From sequence record OL739525.1: DNA of 64,000 nt. One strand, written 5' to 3'. The translations under genes were made by a program, and so were the position numbers. The notes under the pieces are model-generated. The model was not told the origin of the DNA. It ran no database searches and saw only the letters and a list, made by a program, of their open reading frames with translations. Below are positions 19,771-29,583 of this stretch, in pieces (position 1 is the first letter of the stretch; each line of letters begins with the position of its first letter). Source of the stretch: Escherichia phage dw-ec.

Positions 19771-20079
19771 ATGAACGAAATGTTCTCACAAGGTGGTAAG
19801 GGTTCAACTGGAATCTTAACCAACAAACAAGCAGTAGCCCGTCACTTTGGGGTTAAGCAATCTGAGGTTGTTTACTTCTCAGTTGGTGTGGATTTGGGTG
19901 GGTATAAGGTTATCTATGATAAGGAGACGCAAAGGGCGTATTCCCTACCTGCTGATATTGCCCCAGGTACTACTGCCATTAGTCTTAGTGCTGCTGTACT
20001 TGTGCATTCAGCGGGTTCTGTAGACCTTGGGGAATTAGCTGTATCTCGTGATTTAAAAAGTAATGAGAATGCACTATGA
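19771..20079 (+). CDS. hypothetical protein sharing a segment with tailspike 24403-27456
   Basis: 102 aa. Segment YSLPADIAPGTTAISLSAAVLVHSAGSVDLGELAVSRD aligns with YTLPPNITGTLTSLSVSGVMTYSGGSVDLSALAVERG in the 1017-aa tailspike. Confidence 0.4.
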   Translation: MNEMFSQGGKGSTGILTNKQAVARHFGVKQSEVVYFSVGVDLGGYKVIYDKETQRAYSLPADIAPGTTAISLSAAVLVHSAGSVDLGELAVSRDLKSNENAL

Positions 20080-20318
20080 GAAAATTTTTAATAGGTATGT
20101 TCTGTACATATCCTGATAATAAAGTCAGTTCTACGAAAGTCTGGAACGCTGTAGGCATGTCGGTTATGACAGGCATGTTTATCTTTTTAGGAATAGAAAA
20201 AGAAATTCCTGAATGGATGGGTTGGGCTTTTGTTTTCATGATAACTCCTTCTCGCCTCATGAAAAATCTTATTGATTTACGCTGGGGCAGATCACAATCT
20301 ACCAAAGAGGATGACTAA
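20076..20318 (+). CDS. small membrane protein (two predicted TM helices)
   Basis: 80 aa with two hydrophobic segments and a charged C-terminus; holin-like topology but not adjacent to a lysin. Confidence 0.4.
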   Translation: MRKFLIGMFCTYPDNKVSSTKVWNAVGMSVMTGMFIFLGIEKEIPEWMGWAFVFMITPSRLMKNLIDLRWGRSQSTKEDD

Positions 20319-21805
20319 TGGACGAATATGGTTTGACAGATGCGGGATTTGTAATCCCGACTTTTGACGATGTTTTAAACAACTACATGACAGCAGTAAA
20401 AAACACATTTGGTGCAGATGCAGCCACTTCGGAAGATACTGTGATCGGACAACTGTTTAGAATAATTGCATACACAGATTACACATTGTGGGAAGGTATG
20501 CAAGGTGTTTATAATACTCAAACACTGGATGGTGCAGAAGGTATTTATCTTGATGAAATCTTTTCTAAACGCGGTTTCTATCGAGCAGGTGCAGCAGCAA
20601 GTACAGGTTATGCATATGTTAAGAGTAATAACAAAGCAGCTTGGACTTATGAGCTAGGCACGGATATTTACTTCAACTCTGACAGCGATATGAACTACTA
20701 TGTTAGCACACCAACTATGTTGAATGCTAAGATTGCAGCTTATCAAATCTCTCGTGCTAATGCAACTGCTACAGGTGTTCCAAATATTACTTTTTATGCA
20801 CAAAGTGCGGTCGATGGAGGACTAAACAGTAAAACACTTGCACCTGGTTCTTCTACATTTATAACCGATCTTGAAACTTTTATCAAGGCAAATTTAACAG
20901 AAGCTGATCGTAGTCTTGTATTTTCTGATTCAGGTAACTTATCAATTGGTTTTACTTCTTTAACCAGTGATACTCCAGTGGGGCTGGTAACTCCTATTAA
21001 ATTTTATGCTAGTGTTCCGGTTGGAACTAAATGGAGTGAGATTCCGGTAGTTGCAGCAGAGAAAGGATACAATCCTGTTGGTGTGGAGTCTATTACAGGG
21101 ATATCTTCTACCTTTACAGGTTATCTTGACAGTGGTAACTTCTATTCATTTTCTCCTGGTCGAGATGTTGAGACAGACGCAGAATTCCGCTCTCGTTTCA
21201 ATGACAACGTTGATGAAGCTAACGCAGGGACACGAGCAGCTATTGTGAAAGCTCTGTTGCTTACAGATGGTGTTACTAAGGTGAAGATTTATGATAACCC
21301 TACGTTACATGATCAAGAACACGCTCCAGCTATGACTTTCCAGACTATAGTTTATGGTGGCAGTGCAGAAGAAATTGCAAATGTTATCTATAAAACCAAA
21401 CCAATCAACACTTTGACACACGGAACAACTAACATAACAGTTACAACAGAAGATGGAGGACAAGAAATTATTCGCTTCTCCCCTGGTGCTTCTGCTATGT
21501 ATTCTGTAAAACTTGTTTATCAAACTGTCAACGGAACAACTTTAAGTGGAACAGAAAAACAAAACATCGTAGAAGCTTTACAAAACCTGCAAGCTTACTT
21601 TGAGTTAGGTTCTTCAGTAACGAACGATCAAATCAAAGGTGTTATTTATGCAGCACTTGCTTTTGGACGCTTGACTTCTCTTCGTGTTTATGTTAAACTT
21701 AATACTGAGGATGACAGTAAATATACAGAGAATAATATAGTTCCTGCTTATAATGTTGTCCCTTCTTTTGACCTTGATAACATTTCTTACGAGTATGGAG
21801 TGTAA
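20318..21805 (+). CDS. baseplate J-like protein (putative)
   Basis: 495 aa, RBS AGAGGA. Assignment by size and position; resemblance to the J-like family is by eye. Confidence 0.45.
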   Translation: MDEYGLTDAGFVIPTFDDVLNNYMTAVKNTFGADAATSEDTVIGQLFRIIAYTDYTLWEGMQGVYNTQTLDGAEGIYLDEIFSKRGFYRAGAAASTGYAYVKSNNKAAWTYELGTDIYFNSDSDMNYYVSTPTMLNAKIAAYQISRANATATGVPNITFYAQSAVDGGLNSKTLAPGSSTFITDLETFIKANLTEADRSLVFSDSGNLSIGFTSLTSDTPVGLVTPIKFYASVPVGTKWSEIPVVAAEKGYNPVGVESITGISSTFTGYLDSGNFYSFSPGRDVETDAEFRSRFNDNVDEANAGTRAAIVKALLLTDGVTKVKIYDNPTLHDQEHAPAMTFQTIVYGGSAEEIANVIYKTKPINTLTHGTTNITVTTEDGGQEIIRFSPGASAMYSVKLVYQTVNGTTLSGTEKQNIVEALQNLQAYFELGSSVTNDQIKGVIYAALAFGRLTSLRVYVKLNTEDDSKYTENNIVPAYNVVPSFDLDNISYEYGV

Positions 21806-21807
21806 AA

Positions 21808-22437
21808 ATGGCAGTGAGTGTTGACCATGTAACAACTTGGGCCAGTATCAATGAAGACGTTAAAAACCTTCTGATTGAAGATTTTAAATCTTCTCCTAAC
21901 ATTGTCAAGCTCCTCTACATCGTATCCAGTGAAAAGCAAAAGATAGATCAGGCAATGATCTATCTTGCTAAACACCGCTTGATCTCTACAGCTACAGGCA
22001 AATACCTAGATATTCTAGGGGAAGAAATGGGGATCGAACGTAATGGCTCTGATGATGAAGAGTATAGAACAATATTAAAAATCAGGGCTTACCGCGTAGC
22101 CTCATCGGGGACTCGTGGTGACATAATTGATATCTTCGCCCGTTTCACAGGAACAGAGCGTGAAACGCTTAATACTTACGTAGGTTTGAATAAAACCTTT
22201 GATGTGTTTTTCTACAACCTGTGTCTTCAATCTGATCAAGCTTTAGAGCAGTTGCTAAGTGTTTTCCCTATTATTAGTAGCTACCGTCTTGGAGCAAAAG
22301 CAGGATCAGCTTTTGGTTTTAGTTCTTATTATGCTACCAAACCGCCTCATGGTATTGGTGGTTTAGGTTCCCTGTACATGGAATCTACTGGGGATGAAAC
22401 AGGACGCATGTGTACGCTTCTCAAGCAAATAGATTAA
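21808..22437 (+). CDS. baseplate protein (hypothetical)
   Basis: 209 aa ORF coupled to the J-like gene. Confidence 0.4.
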   Translation: MAVSVDHVTTWASINEDVKNLLIEDFKSSPNIVKLLYIVSSEKQKIDQAMIYLAKHRLISTATGKYLDILGEEMGIERNGSDDEEYRTILKIRAYRVASSGTRGDIIDIFARFTGTERETLNTYVGLNKTFDVFFYNLCLQSDQALEQLLSVFPIISSYRLGAKAGSAFGFSSYYATKPPHGIGGLGSLYMESTGDETGRMCTLLKQID

Positions 22438-22446
22438 GGAGTTTAA

Positions 22447-23508
22447 ATGGCGAAGCCAATATATTATCCTGACTGGGCTACACAAACTGTAACGCTCCCA
22501 GGAACTTTAAACACAAACAAAATTAGACCTAAAGAAACCATCCGCACAGTTGGTATGGATTATGGTCAAATCATGACTTGCGAAGAAATGAACTGGATTC
22601 TTAATAATATCGGTTTATGGATTCGCTATTTGGTGGATGACTTTCTTCCAACTTTACCTAATACCTACTTGCCTTTAGTGGGAACTAAGATTACAATGGC
22701 AGGTGATGCTACTGGTGAGGCTACTTGGAACGGTAACAAAGAAGTTACTTTATCTATCCAGGTTCAAGATAACAGTCATAATCACTTGTCGGCAAACATT
22801 ACAGATGCCACTAGTTCAACAGTAACACCAAACGTGCTGGTAAAACGTGATGCGGGTGGTGCTATTTATGGTGGCGATGTTTATGTTAACGGTACTTCCA
22901 CAACAGATCCTGCAACACTGTTCTTCAAAAACTTTGCAGGACAAACAAATGGTGAGATTTCTGCCGAGTATCAAAGCGGAGGTCAGCTTTATATTTATCG
23001 TAGAAATCCTAGCACAGGTAGTGTATCGGCAGGTGTTCGTTTATATGATGCAGGTTATGTTCTAATAGATAGTCCAAGATCAAACAGTGGACAAGATACT
23101 TCTAACGGAAATGCTTTAGTTCGTTTAGATTATCTGAACTCTCGTTTGACTTCCCTTCAGAACACATTGCAGACGAATATTAACACTGTTCAAAACAACT
23201 TGAATAATGTTAACAACAACCTCTCTTCTCGTATAAACAATGTAGAAAGTAATCATCAAAGTCAGATTACAAATAACTACAACTATGCTAACGGAACCTT
23301 TGTAAGAGATATTCGTTATACTAGCCAAGGTGTGTATTATCCACCAGGGAACGAGGTTTCTTGGACTTATATCTGTTCTTCTGGTTATGTTCTTTCTGGT
23401 ATTATCGTACAGGAAACAGGACGTAGCTCTGCGGATAACATCGGTGGGGTTTACTTCAAACGCCTCCAGCGCAACGTTAACGGAAACTGGTACGATATTG
23501 GAGGCTAA
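22447..23508 (+). CDS. tail fibre protein
   Basis: 353 aa with an Asn/Gln-rich periodic shaft segment (NALVRLDYLNSRLTSLQNTLQTNINTVQNNLNNVNNNL); followed by a fibre-assembly gene. Confidence 0.55.
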   Translation: MAKPIYYPDWATQTVTLPGTLNTNKIRPKETIRTVGMDYGQIMTCEEMNWILNNIGLWIRYLVDDFLPTLPNTYLPLVGTKITMAGDATGEATWNGNKEVTLSIQVQDNSHNHLSANITDATSSTVTPNVLVKRDAGGAIYGGDVYVNGTSTTDPATLFFKNFAGQTNGEISAEYQSGGQLYIYRRNPSTGSVSAGVRLYDAGYVLIDSPRSNSGQDTSNGNALVRLDYLNSRLTSLQNTLQTNINTVQNNLNNVNNNLSSRINNVESNHQSQITNNYNYANGTFVRDIRYTSQGVYYPPGNEVSWTYICSSGYVLSGIIVQETGRSSADNIGGVYFKRLQRNVNGNWYDIGG

Positions 23509-24054
23509 ATGATATTTACAAACTTTAAAAAATATATTCCTGAAGACCCTGAACTAAAAGAATTGGTAGAAGCAGAGAACATTCTTTTTCTTCGTTGCGA
23601 TCAAGGTTACGATTGGTATGATTTACGTAGCACAGAATTCAATAACGATAAAATGAAAGTCGTTTTTGATGATCAAAATCGTATTGTGTTTTGGAATACT
23701 GATCCTACACTACTTTGCCCTGAAGATCTTTCTATAGCACAAGTAGACTTTAATATAGATACTTTTGAGGATATTAGGAACAAGGTTCTGGATTTAGAAA
23801 CCTTAACTCTTAAGGATAAAGAGTATTCCCGTGAAGAGTTGATGACACAAGCTAGTGCAAAAATTCGCTCTTTACAAGAAACAGCGGTAGCACTTATAAC
23901 ACCTTTACAGTATGCTAAAGATTTAGAAATGGCTACTGAAGACGAATTAGCTTATCTTAAAAATCTTCAAGTTTATGTAGTTAAACTAAATCGTGTTCCG
24001 CTTCAAAAAGACTATCCTTACGCTATAGATTGGCCTACATTACCGACAGAATAA
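23509..24054 (+). CDS. tail fibre assembly protein (Tfa-like chaperone)
   Basis: 181 aa, immediately downstream of the fibre gene. C-terminal ...YPYAIDWPTLPTE resembles the conserved Tfa C-terminus as I recall it. Confidence 0.55.
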   Translation: MIFTNFKKYIPEDPELKELVEAENILFLRCDQGYDWYDLRSTEFNNDKMKVVFDDQNRIVFWNTDPTLLCPEDLSIAQVDFNIDTFEDIRNKVLDLETLTLKDKEYSREELMTQASAKIRSLQETAVALITPLQYAKDLEMATEDELAYLKNLQVYVVKLNRVPLQKDYPYAIDWPTLPTE

Positions 24055-24063
24055 GGGATCACT

Positions 24064-24399
24064 ATGGAATTTCAAGAAGCATGGGGACTTGCAAAGGATG
24101 CAATAATCCCTTTAATCGGAGTCATCTGGTTCTTTTTCAAACAAAAAATGGATAAATTCGGCTCTGATCTTGAGGAAATGGAGGAGAAAAGTCGAGAGCT
24201 AGAGAAGAAGTTGGTCTTTGTTGAATCAACTTACGCAACTAAAGCCGAACTTACCCAGATGCTAAATCAAATTAACTCTACATTAATGGCAAATAACAAC
24301 ACCCTTGAGCAAAAAATTGAAAAGATTATGGACCTCAAGAATGCGACTATCCAAATGATGCTAGATGACATAGTTAAACGTACACAGAATAAGGGGTAA
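24064..24399 (+). CDS. membrane-anchored coiled-coil protein
   Basis: 111 aa with an N-terminal TM segment (IIPLIGVIWFFF) then a charged helical region; i-spanin-like architecture but no lysis neighbours. Confidence 0.35.
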   Translation: MEFQEAWGLAKDAIIPLIGVIWFFFKQKMDKFGSDLEEMEEKSRELEKKLVFVESTYATKAELTQMLNQINSTLMANNNTLEQKIEKIMDLKNATIQMMLDDIVKRTQNKG

Positions 24400-24402
24400 T
24401 TA

Positions 24403-27400
24403 ATGGCAACATTCCCAACATATCCAGCAACGTCTCTCGAACAGGGCGTAGACCTGGTTATTTTCTCATCTAACCAACTCCATGATGTTATTAATGGAAG
24501 TGCTACAGAGAGTATTGAAACAGAATCAGGGTTGATACCAACCCTGAGAAAAGCCCTTGTTGACAACTTTTTCTTTAAAAGCCCATTGGATTGGGCGCAA
24601 GGCACAAACGAAACAGTTTTTAACCAACTTCGTTATTTCCAGAATGGAGTATTGAGCGGTTATTACTATGCTCCTAACGCTACATTGGTTAACCCAATCC
24701 CTATGCAAGGGACTCCAGTAGGAGATAACAACTGGGTATTGTGGGGACTGAAAACAGAACAATTAGCAACAGAAGTCACCCCGTGGGTATACTCTGGTGC
24801 AACTGGTTATGAAACAGTAATTAGTCCTCCTTACATCTTTGATAGTGCTATTGTTACGATCAATGGTGTTATTCAGGTTCTGGGGGAAGCTTTCCGTATA
24901 GAAGACAGTAAGATCATCTTATCTGAACCTTTGGGACACGATCCTGCAACAGGACTGCCAAACAAGCTTTTTGCTTATATTGGTAAAATCGTAGCTTCAG
25001 CAGATACAGATCCTAATCTAGAGAACCGTCTTGTTAGTTTAGAAACAAAAACGGAAGAACTAACAGAAAGCATGGATAAAGTCCCTCTGCAAACTATTGC
25101 TCGTAAGTATGGTTTGTTAGATGATGAGGTGGCTTACGCAACAGCAGGTCAATCGTTAACAGGGATTAAAGCTCTGTACGATCCGGTAGCACAGTCTTCC
25201 TACACATTACCTCCTAACATCACAGGAACTTTAACATCCTTATCTGTTTCTGGAGTAATGACTTATTCTGGAGGATCTGTAGACCTTTCTGCACTGGCTG
25301 TTGAGCGTGGACAGTTTGTTCATTTGCCTACAAGCTTTGGTAATAACGTAACTCTGACAGCTAAAAATCAGACGATTGGACGTGGTGCTGGTCGTTATCG
25401 TTGGGCTGGAAGTTTACCAAAAAGTATTTTGGCCTCTGATACATTGGAGACAAGCGGAGGATTAGGTCCAAATGCATGGGTTCTGACTAATACAGAAGGA
25501 CTGTTAACCCCTCGTGGTGGAACATACAACGATCTATTCGATGTTGTCTACTTGTCAGAATTTGCTAACAATACAACTACCTATACCACACCAGAAGCAG
25601 CTTTCCAGGCGGCACTGTTAGCAGCAAAAGCTTCGAAAAGCAAGATTCTCGATGCTTACGGTTGCGACATGACTTTCACGACAAGCTCTTTTGATATTCA
25701 AGATATCACTTTGCGTGGTGGTGTGTTCCGTGGTCAACGCGACTATCGTGTGCAGAATGCTACAGTAGAAGGCACAACTTTCCGTAACTCTCGTGTTATG
25801 TATTGGGGTGGTGCTGTGCGCATGTTCGATTGTTTGTGGGACGGTGCTCCTCGCGCAGGTCAAGTTGGTAGCTTGGTATTCCAAGGCAACCCAATATCAG
25901 GTACTTTTGAAATTGATAATTGTACTTTTAAAAACGGGTTATATGGTATTCTTCAACAAGGAACAGGGGAACCAGTAACACGCGGTGTCTTCCGTAACCT
26001 TACCTTCATGGACATGCAAGGTGATGCAATAGAACTGAACGTCATCAATAAACATTATGACGATGGTTGTGTGATTGAGAATATTTACCTGTCTAATATC
26101 GATGGGACTAACGCTCCTATTCCTCTGTCCAACTGGGGTATCGGTATCGGTGTAGCTGGTAAAGGACCATATGGTTACGGAATCCCTGATGATCAATATT
26201 GTAAGAACATTACAATTCGTAACGTTTTTGCAAAACGTTGTCGTCAGATTGTCCACGTAGAAGTTGGTCGTAATATCTCTATCGAAAACATTCATGGCGA
26301 TCCAGATCAAACCGTATCTGTTGGGACAGGTTTGGCAACTGGCGCAGTTGTAATGTATGGAAGTAAAGACTTTACGATTGATGGTGTTTATGGAGAGCCT
26401 AAAACAGACGGTAGCACACTTGCAAGTAATATCCGTATGATTTACTTGGAGTGGGGAACTAACGCAGTTCTGGATGAAGAGGGTAATCCGGTAGTTCCGG
26501 CACAGGGCAGACCTTCAAACCCATGCTTTAACTATTCTGTTCGTAACGTTCACACCAAAACTGGGCGTGTTTTTGCGGGAGTTTCCGCTGGGCCAGGTTA
26601 TGAAAACAGAGTTAGCTTTGAAAATATTCGTTGCGCTGCCTTGCAGTTGTTCGGTATAGCTTCTTGGCTTTCAATGTCTAACATCACCTGTAATATCTTC
26701 GATTGTGTTGGTCAACCTGAATCTGGTCCAGGGACATTTTATGATGGATTCTTCCGTAGAGAAAAATCTGTTCTTGAAATGGTTAACGTAAACTGTTACC
26801 CAGATGGCAAGACGATGGTTACTGGTCGTCCACAGTGGAGCCGTTGCCGTTACTCGGATATTCATCGTGTCAACTGTAATGTTGAAGCTAATATGTATAC
26901 CAATATCGCAGGTGGTATTGGAGCTATTGTAGGGACAACGGGCAAAGTTTATTACTTAGAGCCTAATCCTAGTCGAAACATTGATGGAATGCATTTCCCA
27001 ACAGGGAAAGAGTTTGACAAAGGGGATATGATAGTCAAGGCGGATAATACGTTCTTCCTTGTAACAACAAGTGGGGCATATATTCCAGATATCCCAGCTT
27101 TCGGTATTCGAGCTACACAGGCAGGAGATACCTTCCTGACACAGAACTTGACTCCTAACGGGACAGCAACAAATGCTTCTTGGTTGTATCATTACCCTCT
27201 GTCAGCAGGGACACGTATCCGTATTCCTGGCGCTGGTGTAGGTGGAGCAGATTTGGACACAGTTATTACTCGTGCACCTTATCAAGATAATGATACGTGG
27301 ACTAACCCAGTTAAAATAGACATTGCAGATCCAATTGTAACGCCTACAAGTGCTGGAGTTAGAATTAAAACCATACCTAATGATTCCAGTAATGTTTCTG

Positions 27401-27456
27401 TAGGTAATACTGCGGTTATTCGCCCAACGCCAGTAGTAGATGTGCCAACAACCTAA
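24403..27456 (+). CDS. tailspike or tail fibre (large)
   Basis: 1017 aa. Shares the W-G-x-PK...STP..GG..AW motif with two other fibre proteins; Gly/Asn-rich beta-helix-like repeats. Confidence 0.5.
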   Translation: MATFPTYPATSLEQGVDLVIFSSNQLHDVINGSATESIETESGLIPTLRKALVDNFFFKSPLDWAQGTNETVFNQLRYFQNGVLSGYYYAPNATLVNPIPMQGTPVGDNNWVLWGLKTEQLATEVTPWVYSGATGYETVISPPYIFDSAIVTINGVIQVLGEAFRIEDSKIILSEPLGHDPATGLPNKLFAYIGKIVASADTDPNLENRLVSLETKTEELTESMDKVPLQTIARKYGLLDDEVAYATAGQSLTGIKALYDPVAQSSYTLPPNITGTLTSLSVSGVMTYSGGSVDLSALAVERGQFVHLPTSFGNNVTLTAKNQTIGRGAGRYRWAGSLPKSILASDTLETSGGLGPNAWVLTNTEGLLTPRGGTYNDLFDVVYLSEFANNTTTYTTPEAAFQAALLAAKASKSKILDAYGCDMTFTTSSFDIQDITLRGGVFRGQRDYRVQNATVEGTTFRNSRVMYWGGAVRMFDCLWDGAPRAGQVGSLVFQGNPISGTFEIDNCTFKNGLYGILQQGTGEPVTRGVFRNLTFMDMQGDAIELNVINKHYDDGCVIENIYLSNIDGTNAPIPLSNWGIGIGVAGKGPYGYGIPDDQYCKNITIRNVFAKRCRQIVHVEVGRNISIENIHGDPDQTVSVGTGLATGAVVMYGSKDFTIDGVYGEPKTDGSTLASNIRMIYLEWGTNAVLDEEGNPVVPAQGRPSNPCFNYSVRNVHTKTGRVFAGVSAGPGYENRVSFENIRCAALQLFGIASWLSMSNITCNIFDCVGQPESGPGTFYDGFFRREKSVLEMVNVNCYPDGKTMVTGRPQWSRCRYSDIHRVNCNVEANMYTNIAGGIGAIVGTTGKVYYLEPNPSRNIDGMHFPTGKEFDKGDMIVKADNTFFLVTTSGAYIPDIPAFGIRATQAGDTFLTQNLTPNGTATNASWLYHYPLSAGTRIRIPGAGVGGADLDTVITRAPYQDNDTWTNPVKIDIADPIVTPTSAGVRIKTIPNDSSNVSVGNTAVIRPTPVVDVPTT

Positions 27457-27462
27457 TGGAAT

Positions 27463-27481
27463 AGAGGGGGATTCCCCCTCT
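27463..27481 (+). other. GC-rich hairpin after tailspike gene
   Basis: AGAGGGGG...CCCCCTCT inverted repeat with no clear U-run. Confidence 0.3.
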
Positions 27482-27517
27482 TCTTCCAATAGAATGGTCT
27501 AATGATAGGAGAGATAA

Positions 27518-29542
27518 ATGAATTTAACAAGACCTAATAGTGCGATAGCCGATCTGGTAGAAGCTACTTATCGAAAACGTCGCAGCTTTGAGGCAGGTTT
27601 TACATTACGTAATTCCCGTGAAGTTTTGCTGTTAGCAGCAGAAGGGAATTATTACCAATGGAAAGGAACTTTTCCTAAAGTTGTTCCAGCAAACTCTACG
27701 CCAGCCACCACAGGTGGTATTTCTTCCCTTGCATGGCAAAGTGTTGGGACCGCTGATGATATAGCAATTATCAATGCCAAGTTTACGGCAATGCAGCAAC
27801 AGATTGATGATCTGTCGGAAACAATACCTGAAGCTGGTAAATCGGCTTATCAGATCGCACTTGATAATGGTTTTGTTGGAACAGAAGCACAATGGCTTGC
27901 TTCTTTGAAAGGGGATACTGGTGCTCAACTTAATATTAAAGGATCATTAGCAAACACTAGTGAACTACCATCCACAGGTAACGTTGCAGGGGATGGTTAT
28001 ATCGTAGGTGATGTAATCTACGCTTGGGACGGTTCTGTTTGGAAACTTATTTCTTCTCTTGGGCCAGAAGGTAAATCAGCTTACGAGGTATGGTTGGCAG
28101 ATGGTAATACAGGATCTGTTTATGATTTTCTTACCTCTATAAAAGGTGATAAAGGTGATGTTGGTCCTACAGGGCCACAGGGAGCACCTGGTGTTAACGC
28201 CAACGGTTTTGATTATCGTGGGGATTTGCCTTCTACAAGTAACTTACCACAACCAAACTCTGAAAACGTAAGTCAAGCTTATTCTATCAATGGTAATCTT
28301 TATGTCTCTAATGGGACAGCTTGGGTCAACATGGGTAATATTGTTGGTCCTCAAGGTCCACAAGGTGAGGCAGGTAAAGACGGTCTTGATGGAACAGATG
28401 GAGATGAAGGGAAATCTGCATATCAAAGTTGGCTGGATGCTGGTAATGAAGGGACAGAAGTAGATTTTATTGCCTCACTTAAAGGTCCAAAAGGAGACAA
28501 AGGTGATCAAGGAGAGCGAGGTCCACAAGGTGAACTAGGTCCACAAGGACCAGTGGGTGCAACAGGATCAGGCTTAGATATTATCGGGGTTCTGAACAGT
28601 GAAGCTGAACTTCCTCCTACCGGAGAAGTAGGTGATGCATATAAAATTAATAATGATTTATATGTTTGGGTTCAAGATGCTACGGAATGGATGAATGTTG
28701 GCAGTCTTGGAGGAACATCAATTACAGCTAAAGGTCATGTTCCGAACAGTGAAGCTCTCCCTGTTTATAATAACTATGGCGATGCCTACTTAACTGAAGA
28801 CACTAGTAATCTTTACATCTATACCTACGATCAAGACACCAATTCCGCATCTTTTGTTGACATGGGAAGTATTAAAGGCGACAAAGGTGAAAAAGGGGAT
28901 AAAGGAGATAAGGGTGATCCTGGAACAAACGGAACCAACGGTACTGATGGGACCAACGGTAAGGACGGCGCACAGTGGTTTGTAGCAACAACTAATCCAG
29001 TTGCAGGAGACGGTGTTATCAATGATTACGCCTTCAATACTACCACTGGAGCAGTGTTTAAGAAAACAGATTCTTCTACGTGGACGCTTATAGGCACTCT
29101 TCCTAGTATACCAGAAGCCCCTCAAGACGGCTTGACGTATGGTCGGTCTGATGGAAACTGGATCGAAATATCAGGATCAGATCCTACGGAAGCTATAACA
29201 CCAACTAGAGTTACAGCAGGTTTCATGGAACTTGAAACAACTGCTGCCAACTCTGGAGCATCTTGGACTCCTTCTGGAACTTCCAATATGTATGTTGTTA
29301 CAGTAACTGATGCTCTGACAGTTGGAGCATGGCCTGGTGTCACTGGCTCTACAAAACCTAAAGCGTTTTCAGCAATGATTTATTTGATTCAAGATACAAC
29401 GGGACACACGGTTACACTAGATGCGTCTTATGGAGCACTAAATGATACAGAAATAGCAACTGCTGCTAACGCAGTAACAATTTTGCAATTAACGTATCCT
29501 GGTGTGGGTGATATCGTGGACATGGTTGTTGTAACACGATAA
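27518..29542 (+). CDS. tail fibre with collagen-like and phage-fibre repeats
   Basis: 674 aa. Gly-X-Y runs (GDKGDVGPTGPQGAPG; GPKGDKGDQGERGPQGELGPQGPVGATG; GDKGEKGDKGDKGDPGTNGTNGTDGTNGKDG) and a thrice-repeated GKSAY...W(L)...LKG unit. Confidence 0.75.
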   Translation: MNLTRPNSAIADLVEATYRKRRSFEAGFTLRNSREVLLLAAEGNYYQWKGTFPKVVPANSTPATTGGISSLAWQSVGTADDIAIINAKFTAMQQQIDDLSETIPEAGKSAYQIALDNGFVGTEAQWLASLKGDTGAQLNIKGSLANTSELPSTGNVAGDGYIVGDVIYAWDGSVWKLISSLGPEGKSAYEVWLADGNTGSVYDFLTSIKGDKGDVGPTGPQGAPGVNANGFDYRGDLPSTSNLPQPNSENVSQAYSINGNLYVSNGTAWVNMGNIVGPQGPQGEAGKDGLDGTDGDEGKSAYQSWLDAGNEGTEVDFIASLKGPKGDKGDQGERGPQGELGPQGPVGATGSGLDIIGVLNSEAELPPTGEVGDAYKINNDLYVWVQDATEWMNVGSLGGTSITAKGHVPNSEALPVYNNYGDAYLTEDTSNLYIYTYDQDTNSASFVDMGSIKGDKGEKGDKGDKGDPGTNGTNGTDGTNGKDGAQWFVATTNPVAGDGVINDYAFNTTTGAVFKKTDSSTWTLIGTLPSIPEAPQDGLTYGRSDGNWIEISGSDPTEAITPTRVTAGFMELETTAANSGASWTPSGTSNMYVVTVTDALTVGAWPGVTGSTKPKAFSAMIYLIQDTTGHTVTLDASYGALNDTEIATAANAVTILQLTYPGVGDIVDMVVVTR

Positions 29543-29544
29543 CA

Positions 29545-29570
29545 GAAGCCCCGAAAGGGGCTTTCTTTTT
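29545..29570 (+). terminator. rho-independent terminator
   Basis: GAAGCCCC-GAAA-GGGGCTT stem then CTTTTT. Confidence 0.6.
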
Positions 29571-29583
29571 ATGGAGGGTTTAA

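Noticed and set aside
24064-24399. Calling 24064-24399 an i-spanin and 20076-20318 a holin
   Set aside because: The topologies fit, but neither is adjacent to a lysin or a lipoprotein partner and both sit inside the tail-fibre module. Reported only as membrane proteins.
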